Source: Octopus sinensis
Lineage: Eukaryota
DNA length: 64,000 nucleotides
Reading direction: 5' to 3'
Assembly: GCF_006345805.1 (NCBI RefSeq)
Contig: NC_043006.1
Span: 20,212,001-20,276,000, forward strand
In this document: piece by piece, positions 37,094 to 49,728 of the stretch
Position numbering within the stretch: position 1 is the stretch's first letter
How the letters are laid out: every line of letters begins with the position of its first letter
Translations under genes and position numbers: made by a program
Notes under the pieces: generated by a model
Told to the model about the DNA's origin: nothing
What the model saw: the letters and a program-made list of their open reading frames with translations, nothing else
The model's database searches: none

Positions 37094-37844
37094 TTAACCC
37101 TTTTGATACCAACCAACTTGAGACTGCCCTAGGTTCGATGACATAAAACTTACTTTCTAACTAGAAAGGGTATGGCCTGGTCAGCCTGTAATGACATGCA
37201 TAAGATCTGGTCATCAAATCTAAGTAGAGACTTCAAACTTGAAATCTTCAAAGCCACAGTCGAACCAATTCTACTATATGGCTCAGAAACCTGGACGTTA
37301 TCAAAGAAGCTTGAGAGGCGGTTGGATGGAACCTACACTCGCCTCCTTATGAGAGCTCAAAATCTCTCATGGAAGCGCCATCCAACCAAAATGCAAATAT
37401 ATGGGAAACTACCACCTGTGTCATCTCTTGTGAAAGGTAGGAGAGTCCAGTTCGCTGGACATTGTTGTAGAGCTGAAAAAGAAGTAATTTCTACTCTTCT
37501 CCTCTGGAAGCCATCTACTCGCAATACCAGAGGGCGCACACTCTCCTACTCTGATGTAATCTCCAGGGATACAGGCATCCAGCAGCAGGACCTCCGTAAT
37601 GCCATGATGGACCGTGAAGTCTGGCGTAGCATGGTAAATTCCATTGTCTCGACCATGGTCGAACAATGATGATGATGATTAAAGTGGTCTGAATTATAAT
37701 CTTCCATCAAAATTTTATGCTAATTTGTTCCAGACCCCAGCTTAATAAATTAAAAAGTTATTTCACTAATTACTTCATTCTTTAAAAAATTAATTGAAAC
37801 AAAGGTAGCTTATGTTAAGAGAAATTTGGAAACAAAAGGGTTAA
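37094..37844. mobile_element. piggyBac-like MITE interrupted by an RTE-X-like LINE
   Basis: TTAA-CCCTTTTG...CAAAAGGG-TTAA termini; body resembles 48359-48585. Confidence 0.75.
37161..37680 (+). mobile_element. RTE-X-like LINE, 5'-truncated, uninterrupted ORF2 C-terminus
   Basis: 165-aa ORF 37172-37669 (ILLYGSETWTL...RRVQFAGHC...MMDREVWR) followed by a (TGA)n tail. Confidence 0.9.
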
Positions 37845-38804
37845 ACCAGCCATATTAGGCCTAAATATTCTATTTGTTTTATGGTCAAACCAGCCAGACC
37901 TTGCCTGTCACACCTACCCAACTATGTCCTAAAAATAAACAATCACATTATTGAAGTCTTGAGGATTAATTGAAAGCAACATAAGTAAATAGACATTGTT
38001 TGATGGAGTATAATCTGAATGCTAAAAGGTTAATTCTTCCAAGGATGATAAAACAGGGACCTGTGCTAGTGATGTGTAAGAGGCACCCGTGCCGGTGATT
38101 CATAAGAGGCACTCATGCCAGTGACATGTTGGAGGCACCCTCGCTAGTGACACATGAGAGGCATCCAGTACACTCTGTGGAGTGGTCGGCATTGGGAAGG
38201 GCATCCAGCCATAGAATCCAAACCAAAACAGATGAGCCTGGTGCAGCTCTCTGGCTTACCAGCTTCAGTCAAACTGTCTAACCCATGCCAGCATGGAAAA
38301 ACAGATGTTGAATGATGATGTATCAGTTAAATACTGTGTTTATTTTTAATTGACTAATTACTTCCTCCAAATTGCTTGCTTTGAGCCTAAAGTGATATTG
38401 TTGACCATCCAGTGTGTTCCAAGTGATTTTCAAGAGTAACTGAAGAAATTGATGTTCATTTTGGATATTATTCCAAACTGGGGCTTTTTTCACTGAGCAC
38501 TTTATAATGTCTACCTTGTACCAAGGTTAGACAAAGTAGTTTTGTTTTCTTCTTTCTTTCTTTCTTTCTTTCTTTTTTTAAAAACAATGCTATATCCATT
38601 TTTATTTCACTGTCTAACTTCAGTGATATATTGGAACTCCCTGCAAAAGAAATTACATATGAAGCAGCAAAACAGTTATGGAATGGAAATTTAGAAAACA
38701 AAATGGAAAAAAAAATCAGAAAATAAGTAATGAACACAGACAGTAGAGTAAAAAAATATATTAAAAAAGACATTTCAGGTAAAAAAAAACAAAACAAAAA
38801 AAAC

Positions 38805-38970
38805 GCAGGAGTGGCTGTGTGGTAAGTAGCTTGCTTACCAACCACATGGTTCCGGGTTCAGTCCCACTGCATGGCACCTTGGGCAAGTGTCTTCTACTAT
38901 AGCCTCGGGCCGACCAAAGCCTTGTGAGTGGATTTGGTAGACGGAAACTGAAAGAAGCTCGTCATATATG

Positions 38971-39007
<37 letters not shown>

Positions 39008-39224
39008 TGTGCGTGTATGTTTGTGTGTCTGTGTTTGTCCCCCTAGCATTGCTTGACAACCGATGCTGGTGTGTTTATGTACCCGTCACTTAGCGGTTCG
39101 GCAAAAGAGACCGATTGAATAAGTACTGGGCTTACAAAGAATAAGTGCTGGGGTCGAGTTGCTCGATTAAAAGGCGGTGCTCCAGCATGGCCACAGTCAA
39201 ATGACTGAAACAAGTAAAAGAGTA
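38805..39224 (+). mobile_element. SINE family A
   Basis: Full consensus. Confidence 0.9.
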
Positions 39225-39865
39225 ATTCAGAAAGCATTTAACGACAATACACATACTAGATCAAATGAAACTGCGATCAACATTATCCAAGTCCCATCAT
39301 TTGCAAGTGTGCTTTCAAACAACAACAACAAAAAAATCAAAAGAACATGGATATAGGCATAAGTATGACCGTGGTAAGAAGCTTGCTTCCAAACCACATG
39401 GTTCTGGGTTCAGTCCCGCTGCATGGCACCTTAGGCAAGTGTCTTCTAACTATAGCTTCTGGTCAACCAAAGCCTTATGAGTGGATTTGGTAGATGGAAA
39501 CTGAAAGAAGCCCATCACATATGTATATATGATCAGAATACTATGATTTTCTTTTCTACTATTGGCACAAGGCCTGAACTTTGGAGGAGGGGGATAGTTG
39601 ATTTCATCAACCCCAAAAGGATGAAAGGCAAAGTCGACCTCGGCGGAATTTGAACTCAAAATGTAGCAATGGGTGAAATACCGCTAAGCATTTCGTCCAG
39701 CATGCTAACGATTCTGCCAGCCCACCGCTTTCAGAATGCTATGATTTTGATGAGGATAACATTAGTTTTTTTTAAGGTTATTCAATTTTTCTTAATTTGA
39801 TCAATGGACCGATTGAGTAAACTGATCAATGACTGAGTCTGTAATGACTTTGGAAACAGCTGTAA

Positions 39866-40163
39866 GTCGAATCATCATCATCATCATTTAGCATCCGTTT
39901 TGCATGCTAGCATGGGTTGGATGGTTCAACTGGGGTCTGTGAAGCCGGAAGGCTGCATCAGGCCCAGTCAGATCTGGCAGTGTTTCTTCGGCTGGATGCC
40001 CTTCCTAACGCCAACCACTCCGTGAGTGTAGTGGGTGCTTTTTACGTGCCACCCGCACAGGTGCCAGACGGAGCTGGCAAACGGCCACGAACGGATGGTG
40101 CTTTTACGTGCCACCGGCACGGGGGCCAGGCGAGGCTGGCAACGGACACGAGCGGATGGTGCT
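39866..40163 (-). mobile_element. RTE-clade 3' UTR copy
   Basis: (CAT)n tail, 3' module, array units. Confidence 0.85.
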
Positions 40164-41764
40164 TTACAATAAAAGAATATGAGTGCTGGTTTGTTACATT
40201 TGTGACCCTGTATAGGTAGGTAGTCAGTGCTAATGTAATTTTCAGGATTATGTGTTCAGATGGAGTTGCCATGGACATAAAGTTATAGAATTTCAAGATC
40301 AGGAAATAAAAGGGAAGTTGTGTCCTGTATAAGGTGCTGAGAGGAAGGCCTTCAAACTCAGTATCCAGGGTAGAAAATGCAGCCACTACACATTTGACAG
40401 TAAATGTCGTTTAAAGGATCTATGCCCAAAATGCTTACAAGGCCAGCAAATCATGGAGGTTACTGGCCCAGGATCTACACTAGATATGAGACCGAGTTGC
40501 CCCCCCCCCCCCCAAAAAAAACCATGTCCTTATTGTCAGGAGTTAACCAACAGACCTTAAAACTCCTTACAATCAGGACCAGAGCAGACAATGAGTAACT
40601 CAAGACAGTAGCAAGCACTAAATCACCAGGAAGCCATTTCCTCACATCACCACTACCTTATCCAGTAAGAACTAAAGTTAGACCAACTAAAGCCAGTACA
40701 TTCCTTTAAAGAAAATGTCTCAAAAAAGAAAAAAAAAAATTGTAAAATGTTTTATTCCTTTTGATGCCAATCTGCCTGAGACTACCCTTGGCTCTATGAT
40801 ACAGAATTCCTCTGTTTTGAAAACTTGCCCAAAAAATTTCATAATTCAAAAATGACAGTTATTTTACTAAATTCTTCATTACTTTCAAAATTAATTGAAT
40901 CAAAAACAGCATATTCTAACAGAAATATGGTATCGTAAAGATTTTAAAAAATTGGGAGGAGCATCTCTCTGGTAAGAAAGAAGGCAGAGCCCCCTTTCTG
41001 TTAGGACAAATCTGCTTCCTAACTGACTAAAATAACTTCACAGCCATATAAAAAACCAACGAATATTTGATGCTGCAAGGGTAATCCAGACAAAGTAATG
41101 ATCAAGCAGGAGATGGAACCAAAAAAAGAACTCCAAAATTATTGAATATTACTAAATTTTTTCCAGGATCTTTTGTAGTTTTACGTGTCAACTATTCACA
41201 GTATGTGATCCTTTCTATGACCACTCTTACAAAACAGCTCCTTATGGAGCATTGTAATTAGCATTGAAAATGTATGTTAAATGATGATGGTATATATTGT
41301 AAAATTTGTGTTGATGACATGCTTCAGCCAGTCTGTTCTAAGCTGTCAGGCAAGATTTTAAGTCCTAATCAACACAAATTTTACAAGAAATTTTGCTCTA
41401 CTCTGTTAAGTGTCCCTAATCTCTAGTCAGTAAATGTTTTATTCTTAAATCTGTTTCAAAATAGCATCATTTAACATCTCTCTATATTGTGTTTTATTAT
41501 TCTATTTTATACTGTGTAGTTGTTTGTATGCTTCCCTAGATATTTTTTAATTGGTCTCTTTGTATATTGTATAATCATCTTCATGTAATTCATCTGTCCC
41601 GCCTTACTCCATATTTCAAGTCCTTTGTTTAACGTACATTGCATTTTATTGTATCTCTTTGAGCTCATGCAGCTAAAAAAGAAAAGATTAGTGCTGTTGA
41701 CAGTGCTTGTTCAGAATCCAAATCTCGCTGAGACTGGCTTTTTGTTGGCCTAGGCAAATATTGT

Positions 41765-42050
41765 GCTTAAGCTGCCACAAAGTATTAACATCTAACTATA
41801 TATAACCAATCATTTCTGTGGTTGCTCTGTTGGCAAACTTGATAAGCTATCAGGAACTTATAATGTAGAATACCTTCTTGTCGTCAACAGTTGATACTGT
41901 CATCACTACACTGGTTGCAGAAGTTTTGTCAGGCTTGAAATCTTGTCCAATTGGAAAATAATGAACACAAATAATTCTATACATATGCACATGTAAACCC
42001 ATTAACCTTTTTGTTACCATATTTCTGATGAAATTTGCTGCATTTGTTTC
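41765..42050 (+). repeat. Local direct duplication (copy U), paralogous to 43104-43397
   Basis: ~290 bp alignable by eye: GCYTAAGCTGC..CAAAGTATTAACATC...GTTTC. Confidence 0.85.
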
Positions 42051-42120
42051 TGTGAATTTATAGTTGTGGTTTCAAGTGAAAATTAAAATCTTTTTTTATT
42101 TTTTATTTTATTTTAAACAG

Positions 42121-42347
42121 AGTAAGCCTCAGCTGGCCAAAGTATCAGAGGGTTCAACATCCCAGGGAGAGACTGCTAGTGCTGCCTCATCAGAGAAGTC
42201 TGTACCTGCTACCACTCAGGGAGCATCAGCCACCCCTACATCAGACAGTGGCTCTTCTCAAAGTTCGAAAGGCTCGCAAGGTAGTGAAGCAGACAAATCT
42301 ACTGCTGATGCTAACCCTGAATCGCAAGCTACAGAAATTACTTCAGA
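42121..42347 (+). CDS. RAD23: RAD23 coding exon (Ser/Thr/Ala-rich linker)
   Basis: Polypyrimidine tract + aaacag acceptor, gtaagt donor; SKPQLAKVSEGSTSQGETASAASSEKSVPATT...ATEITS. 227 nt, phase 0 to 2, in frame with neighbours. Confidence 0.9.
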
Positions 42348-42478
42348 GTAAGTATGGGTCTTAACTGGCTGTAGTGTCTTTGTTGATTGTGTTTAATGAA
42401 TTTTCACATTTTAGATACACCACAACATTTAGGCCTAGCAGGACTAACGCAAGAGTATTTATGTGTATAAATGATGAC

Positions 42479-43047
42479 GTGGCACATAAAAACACCATCC
42501 GAAGACCCGGCAAGACTAGTCAGGACATAACCCGTGGCCCCTATCTGGGACGTAGTCAGTCCACCTGTGCATACCTTCCTATTGTGACACTTGTGAAGAC
42601 CTGTTGAGGCAAGTGAAAATCAAAACAAATCAAATAGATGAACATCAATGGAATTTGTATCTTTGTGGTACCAGTGCCGGTGGCACACAAGAAAACCATC
42701 CGAACGTGGCCGTAGCCAGTACCGCATCGACTGGCCTCCATGCTGTGGGCACGTAACAAACACCATCCGATTGTGGCCGTTCGCCAGCCTCATCTGGCAC
42801 CTGTGTCGGTGGCACATAAAAACACCATCCGAGCGTGGCCGTCTGCCAGCCTCGTCTGGCACCTGTGTCGGTGGCACATAAAATCACCCACTACACTCTC
42901 GGAGTGGTTGGCGTTAGGAAAGGCATCCAGCTGTAGAAACACTGCCAGATCTGACTGGCCTGGTGCAGCCTTCGGGCTCCCCAGACCCCAGTTGAACCGT
43001 CCAACCCATGCTAGCATGGAAAGCGGACGTTAAATGATGATGATGAT
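42479..43047 (+). mobile_element. RTE-clade 3' UTR copy, concatenated subfamily
   Basis: Starts with an array unit fused to the ORF2-end sequence GAAGACCCGGCAAG; the empty site is preserved in inverted copy 44350-44572. Confidence 0.88.
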
Positions 43048-44349
43048 TCAGTATTTGGCTAAAGAAATATGAAACGGCTGATTTAAATAAAGTAAATGTT
43101 ACTGCCTAAGCTGCTGCAAAGTATTAACATCTATCTATTTATACCAATCATTGGTGTGGTTGCTCTGTTGGCATATTTGGTGAACTATCAGGAATTTATA
43201 ACTTAGAATACCTTCTTGTTGTCAACATTTGATACTGTTATCACCACACTGGTTGTAGAAGTTTTTAAATCTTGTCAGGTTTGAAATCTTGTCCGATTGA
43301 AAAACAATGAACACAGATAATTCTATACACGTGCACATGTATCCTCATTAACCTTTTTTGTTAGCATATTTCATATGAAAATTGCTGCGTTTGTTTCAGT
43401 TCTGAAATTTGTGAAGGATTTAGTAAAAAAAGCATTGTTATTATTGAGCTAGAATACAGAACAAATTAGCGTAAAACTTTGAAGAAAAGTTTGAATCAAG
43501 ATCACTTTAAAACAGGGAGTTTGCATCAGAGAATCTGGGCAGTCTCAAGCTGGTTGGTATAAAAAGGCTTCATGGACAAATGTTGCATATTGTTAAAGAC
43601 AAAATATTGATTTCAAATTTTGGCACAAGGCCAGCAATTTTGGTTACATCAACTGCAGTGCTTAGCCAGTACTTATTTTATCAAACCCTGAAAAGACGAA
43701 AAGCAAAGTTGGCCTTGGTGGAATTTGAACTCAGAATATAAAGATGGATGAAATGCTGCTAAGCATTTTCCCGGTGTGCTAACAATTCTGCTAGCTTGCC
43801 ACTTTAGTTTAAAGAAAAAATGTTAAATGCATAAAGAAATGATTATGTACGGCAGTGGTTTAGAATCGCTTTATGATTAGGAAGTTAATTACTACATGAT
43901 GTATTCAAATTCTGCTTGAATCATTGGAGTAAGGTCTGTTACATGCTGTTTTATTTTCATTGCCTCAGTTTACCTTGTTGAAAATAGGTAATACTCCTCG
44001 TGCCTGGGTAGCTAGTTGTGTATTTATAATGTTAATAAGCATCTATACAAATGATCAAGGGAAATTAATTCCAACCTCATTAAAATGGGACATGATGGTG
44101 AAATATTTTGTTTTAAAGGCTTAGTCTGACTTAAAGAAATTGATGTGAAATCTATTTTGTATGTTTTTACATTGCAACTACATGTTCAATTATCCTACAT
44201 TTTGGTGGGGTTTTTTTTTTCGTCAGTCTTGACTCTGAGCATTCAGTTCAGCTAACTGAATTCCAGCTTAATGAAATTAATGTCTAGGTGGTTGAGTATT
44301 CCACTAGCACCTGAACCTTTAACACAGTTTGCAGGCCAAATCAGTTTTA

Positions 44350-44572
44350 TGATAGCTCACCAAATATGTCAACAGAGCAACCACAGCAATGATTGGTATA
44401 AATAGATAGATGTTAATACTTTGCAGCAGCTTAGGCAGTTACATTTACTTTATTTAATCAGCCGTTTCATATTTCTTTAGCCAAATACTGAATCATCATC
44501 GTCATCATTTATACGCATAAATACTCTTCCATTCGTCCTGCTAGACATAAATGTTGTGTATCTAAAATGTGA
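44350..44572 (-). repeat. Local inverted duplication (copy I) of 42404-42478 + 43040-43190
   Basis: Reverse complement aligns across the RTE insertion point without the insert. Confidence 0.88.
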
Positions 44573-44667
44573 GGGACAGATAATTGTCTCCAGTGGAGTT
44601 GATAAAATTATCAACCCTGAAAGAAGGAAAGGCTAAAGGTTGACTTCGTAGGATTTGAACTTAGTAT

Positions 44668-44880
44668 GTAGAGAGCTGAAAAAGAGGTAATTTCTACTCT
44701 TCTCCTCTGGAAGCCATCTACTCGCAATTCCAGAGGGTGCACACTCTCCTACCCTGATGTAATCTCCAGGGATACAAGCATCCAGCAACAGGACCTCCGT
44801 AATGCCATGATGGACCGTGAAGTTTGGTGTAGCATGGTAAATTCCATTGTCTCGACCACGGTTGAACAATGATGATGATG
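44668..44880 (+). mobile_element. RTE-X-like LINE 3' end
   Basis: Near-identical to 37467-37680. Confidence 0.9.
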
Positions 44881-45561
44881 AGAGAGTTGACACACATTGC
44901 AAGGCATTTTATCCAAAGTTCATATGATTCTGCTTAGTTCATTTCTGTGAACTGGGGTTTAGTTTGTGTTTTGACAAGTTAGCAATTTGTATGCCTAGCA
45001 CTGTGTCAAATACATCAATTGTAGTATACCTTAGAACTCCTTTTCTTGACCCTGATTGAACAGCCCTATGATCAGTGGTGTTCCAACCATAACAGTACTC
45101 TCATGTTGTATATGTTGGACTTTATCAACTAATGTGTCTTCCTTTTTATAAGATGTGTGGTTGAGTGATTTGTGTCAAAATTTGAAAGGATCCCCTCCTC
45201 CTTTTTGCTGGCTGAATTGTTAGCACGCTGGGCAAAAGCTTAACAGCACTTCTTCCAGCTTGACTTCTGAATTATCAGTTTTTCAGGTTGATAAAATAAG
45301 TACCAGTTGAGCACTGGAACTAAGGTAATCCCCCTCCCATAAAATTTCAGGCCTTGTGTCTATATTAGAAAATGATTATTATTCTATAATGAACAAAATA
45401 CTGACCACAGCATTTATAGGAATGTAGTTGTTCTACACCAAATGTATTTTGAAGTTTGACACGGTTCTTGTGATTGTGTCATTCTGTTTAGGAAATGAAA
45501 AATTTCCAAATTTAAGCTGTCTTTATAAGAGCTAAGTATAATTTTCTTTTTCTTTTTCCAG

Positions 45562-45790
45562 CTCTGATGATATAAGTACTCTGGCAACCGAGACAGCCAC
45601 AGCCCTGGCTGCAGCCATCGATGAACCATTATCTGTCTTGCAATCCGCAGAAAGTGCATTGGTGACTGGTCAGGACTATGAAAATATGGTGCTGGAAATT
45701 ATGAAACTTGGTTTTGATCGAGAGCAAGTTGAGCGAGCTTTAAGAGTCAATTTCAACAACCCTGATAGAGCTGTGGAGTATTTGTATAAT
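45562..45790 (+). CDS. RAD23: RAD23 coding exon (UBA1 domain)
   Basis: tttccag acceptor, gtaagc donor; ...[51 protein letters not shown] is the RAD23 UBA1. 229 nt, phase 2 to 0. Confidence 0.96.
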
Positions 45791-46280
45791 GTAAGCAATG
45801 CTTTGGGCAGTTTTCAAAATACAACCTGTTTATTGAGGAGTGAAATGAAACCACAGTCTTTTTTTTTTTTGTCTTTTTTTTTTAATATAATAATCATTTC
45901 ATTTTATGAGTTTTTTTTCTTTTCCGCATGGTTGCATCCTAATTAAACAAGTAAATAAATCTAATTACAAAATATAGTAGAAATGTGTAAATATATTAGA
46001 AATATAGCTCAAAGATCATATAACTAGGTGTCATGGCAAGAGACAGTCATAGATATGAATACCATATCAGCCATACCATTTGAGTCTCATTGTTGTCATT
46101 TGCTGATTTGGTTCTTCATCAGCAGCAGCGTTGCTTTAAGGTCTGCTTTTCTATGCATGAGTCAGACCGGTTGTTGAGAGCGATTTTCTGATGCTAAGTG
46201 CCCTTCCTGGTTGGATGTCAATTAATGATCTTAATTACTGAGTGGATATTTGAGTAGTAAGTTTAATAAATCTATTTCTT

Positions 46281-46503
46281 TACTACCCACAAGGGGCTAA
46301 ACATAGAAGAGACAAACAAGGACAGACAGACGGAATAAGTCGATTATATCGACCCCAGTGTGTAACTGGTACTTAATTTATCGACCCCGAAAGGTTGAAA
46401 GGCAAAGTCGACCTCGGCGGAATTTGAACTCAGAACGTAACGGCAGACGAAATACCGCTTAGCATTTCGCCCGGCGTGCTAACGTTTCGGCCAGCTCGTC
46501 GCC
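46281..46503 (-). mobile_element. SINE family B
   Basis: Reverse complement of the consensus. Confidence 0.9.
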
Positions 46504-47017
46504 ATTAAAGTTTAATAAATCGTCTGGTTTAACACCACCACTTGGTATTTGAGTGTCTTTACTAAACCTCACTCTTTTTGTAGATTATTCAGACCTGACC
46601 CCTGAAGAAAAATTAATGTCTTGAGGATCCACTTCTGATCATCTTCACTTTGCAGAGTGTCCTGTTTAGCCAAGGACCGAAGCCAGAAAGTGCAGGGTGA
46701 CACTCCTGGAAGCTATCCTGGTTTGTAACTGGTGTTCTGTAAACCAAGAAGCCCACTTACAACCACTCCTGGTTTGACTACTTAGAGGCATTCAAAAAAT
46801 GGAAAGAAAATCTTGGGCCATATGCTCTTTTCAGCCTCTGACATTTTCAAAGAGATTCGGGAGATTGGTTAATAAATCAGTAAATGTTCTCTTGCCATCA
46901 TTGTGCTAAGTCTGCCCTAATACAATAGCCTCCTCCTGTCTCCTCCAAAATACCTTATGTCTTTCATTTTGTATCTTGTTCAGTCAAGGTTCCAGACACG
47001 GTTCCTTTGGATTTCAA

Positions 47018-47248
47018 GGCGGCGAGCTGGCAGAAACGTTAGCACGTCGGGCGAGATGTTTAGCAGTATTTCGTCTGCCGTTACGTTGTGAGTTCAAATT
47101 CCGCCGAGGTCGACTTTACCTTTCATCCTTTCGGGGTCGATAAATTAAGTACCAGTTACGCACTGGGGTCGATGTAATCGACTTAATACCTATGTCTGTC
47201 CTTGTTTGTCCCCTCTATGTTTAGCCCCTTGTGGGTAATAAAGAAACA
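47018..47248 (+). mobile_element. SINE family B
   Basis: 17-bp TSD GGTTCCTTTGGATTTCA at 47000-47016 and 47249-47265. Confidence 0.92.
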
Positions 47249-47480
47249 GGTTCCTTTGGATTTCATTGTTTTCAAACTCCCTCACTTCCCAAATTTTTAC
47301 CTCTGTTAACTAATAGAAATTTTAGGAAGCTCAATTATATGACGAGAGAATGAACTGTGTATTTTGTAAGATTGTTGTCTCAGAAACCCTATTTAATTAA
47401 AAGTATAGCTTACCTATAACTTAATTTTTGTTGTGCTGGGATTCATGCTGTTACCTGTTCTTTTCTGTTCTGCCTGAAAG

Positions 47481-47598
47481 GGAGGTAGTGCTCAGGATGT
47501 GGAGCCAGGAATAATGGAAGAGGCATTATCTGGCAGTGAAACTAGTGTAACCAGTTCCAGTGCTCCTCTTCAGTCTGCTACAACACCATCCTCTTCTG
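47481..47598 (+). CDS. RAD23: RAD23 coding exon (UBA1-STI1 linker)
   Basis: ctgaaag acceptor, gtaatg donor; GGSAQDVEPGIMEEALSGSETSVTSSSAPLQSATTPSSS. 118 nt, phase 0 to 1, which is what the next exon requires. Confidence 0.85.
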
Positions 47599-47620
47599 GT
47601 AATGTATTTCTTCTTTAATT

Positions 47621-48025
47621 ACTCTTTACTCTTTTACTCTTTTACTTGTTTCAGTCATTTGACTGCGGCCATGCTGGAGCACCGCCTTTAGTCGAGCAAA
47701 TCGACCCCGGGACTTATTCTTTGTAAGCCCAGTACTTATTCTATCGGTCTCTTTTGCCGAACCACTAAGTGACGGGGATGTAAACACACCAGCATCGGTT
47801 GTCAAGCAATGCTAGGGAGACAAACAAACACACACATACACATATATACATATATACATATATACGACGGGCTTCTTTCAGTTTCCGTCTACCAAATCCA
47901 CTCACAAGGCATTGGTCGGCCCGGGGCTATAGCAGAAGACACTTGCCCAAGATGCTACGCAGTGGGACTGAACCCGGAACCATGTGGTTGGTTAGCAAGC
48001 TACTTACCACACAGCCACTCCTGCG
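47621..48025 (-). mobile_element. SINE family A (antisense), 22 nt after an exon donor
   Basis: Full consensus in reverse. Confidence 0.9.
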
Positions 48026-48358
48026 CCTAATAGTTATAATTTTTTTTTTATCATTCTATGTTTCAGTTTTTCTTGTTAAATATTTTGTCTTAAAATCTGT
48101 CAAACTTCACTCATGACAGATGGGTTGGTTGGTCTTTCTTCTCTTGAACTGTTTCTGACACCAACTTTTAATCCTTTATCATTCAAATCACTATATCAGA
48201 TATAATGTGTATTTATTCACATTGTTTTGAATTAATCATGCATTATATCATAGCTTTGAGATTTTAATGTGATAACTAAAGAATGGCAATGTAGGATATG
48301 TGTGAGAAGCCAGTTTGAACATAAGACAAGTAGAATATTTGGGCTTGATATGGCCATA

Positions 48359-48585
48359 TTAACCCTTTCGTTACCAACCCAGCTGAAACCGGCTCTGTTT
48401 CTGAGTATAAATGTCTTGTTTTCATAAGTTTTGAATTAAAATCTTCCACCAAACCTTAGTCACAATTTATGTTCCTAACACCAGCTTAATGATAACTAAG
48501 CTATTTTACCAATTCTTTGTTATATTTAAAGTAATTGAAAGAAATACAGAGCATCTCAAAATAAATAAAGTAACGAAAGGGTTAA
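48359..48585. mobile_element. piggyBac-like MITE
   Basis: TTAA-CCCTTTCGTTAC...GTAACGAAAGGG-TTAA termini. Confidence 0.82.
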
Positions 48586-49460
48586 TTGTTGAAAAGTTAA
48601 ACTGCTAGAATGTCAGTGTGCTGGTATTGGTGAGATGGGACTTCAATAGCAATTTTATGTGGAAAGAATTCATTTGGAGTCTTATGGCAGTCATGAGTCT
48701 ACAGACTCATTAGGCCAGATCTTAATCTAATATCCATGGCAGTGAGTATAGTACTCACCCTTGAATGGGATACCAGTCTGTCACAAAGTTAGCTTGTAAT
48801 TAAGGCCAAGGAGCTGAGAAAACTGGGATACCCTTGAAATACTTTTTGTTCCTTTGCATTCAGATTTAAACTGTACATTTTCAACCTTGCAATATTAGTA
48901 AAATATTTAGCTTTATGACCGTATGGTCTCAAGTTCTATCTTGCTGCACGGCACGTTGGGTAAGTGTCTTCTGAAGCAGAAGCTGACCTGTGAGTGCTTT
49001 TAACCCTTTAGTGTTTAAACCGGCTGTATCCGGCCCAAATATTCTACACATTTTATGCTCAAACTGGCCAGAACATGCATCTCACACCTACCCTGCAATG
49101 TCATTCTAAAAATAAGCAATTACATCTTTCAAATCTTGAAGCTACAAAATAATATCAGATAAATTTTTTAAATGTGAATAAATAAGGATTATTTTTGTCA
49201 AATTAATATGAATGCTAAAGGGTTAAGTAAATGAAAACCGTTTGGAAGCCTGTTGTGTGTGTGTGTGTGCATGCATAACTGTTTTATATACTGCATAAAA
49301 ATGTTGATAAAAGCAGTGATATTATGTTGACATTTACTCTCAACAAATTATTCTTTTGCTGTGCACTTTTCAAAACCAGTGCAAAAGTCCTTTACTTGAA
49401 AAACAAGTAACAGTCAATGACGAGAAAGGCACCTGGCTGTGAAACAATAAACAATGCCTT

Positions 49461-49728
49461 AATAATATATAATAATAATGAAATTATTGTATACAGTGCT
49501 CAGGTGCACCACAACTTGTCAGAAAGTGCATATAAAGTACATGCAGTAATGTAGAAATGTCTGGAAAGCGAACAATGTATGAGTCAGATACATGCTTGTG
49601 TGTGTATGGAGGGGAGAAAATCAGGTGTAGTGTTGGCGAATCTCAGGAAGCATGGAAGTTTTGAAGGATGCAGTGCTCCGACAACTAACAACTGATGTCG
49701 GCAGTTTGTTCCATGCTTCAGCAACTCA
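49461..49728 (-). mobile_element. CR1-like LINE 3' end
   Basis: Reverse complement of 36630-36900. Confidence 0.88.

Noticed and set aside
1550-45570. Other CTGATGA strings (about 1553, 3483, 9166, 23864, 42024, 45564) as hammerheads or C/D snoRNA boxes
   Set aside because: No downstream stem II-GAAA geometry or terminal stem with a D box.
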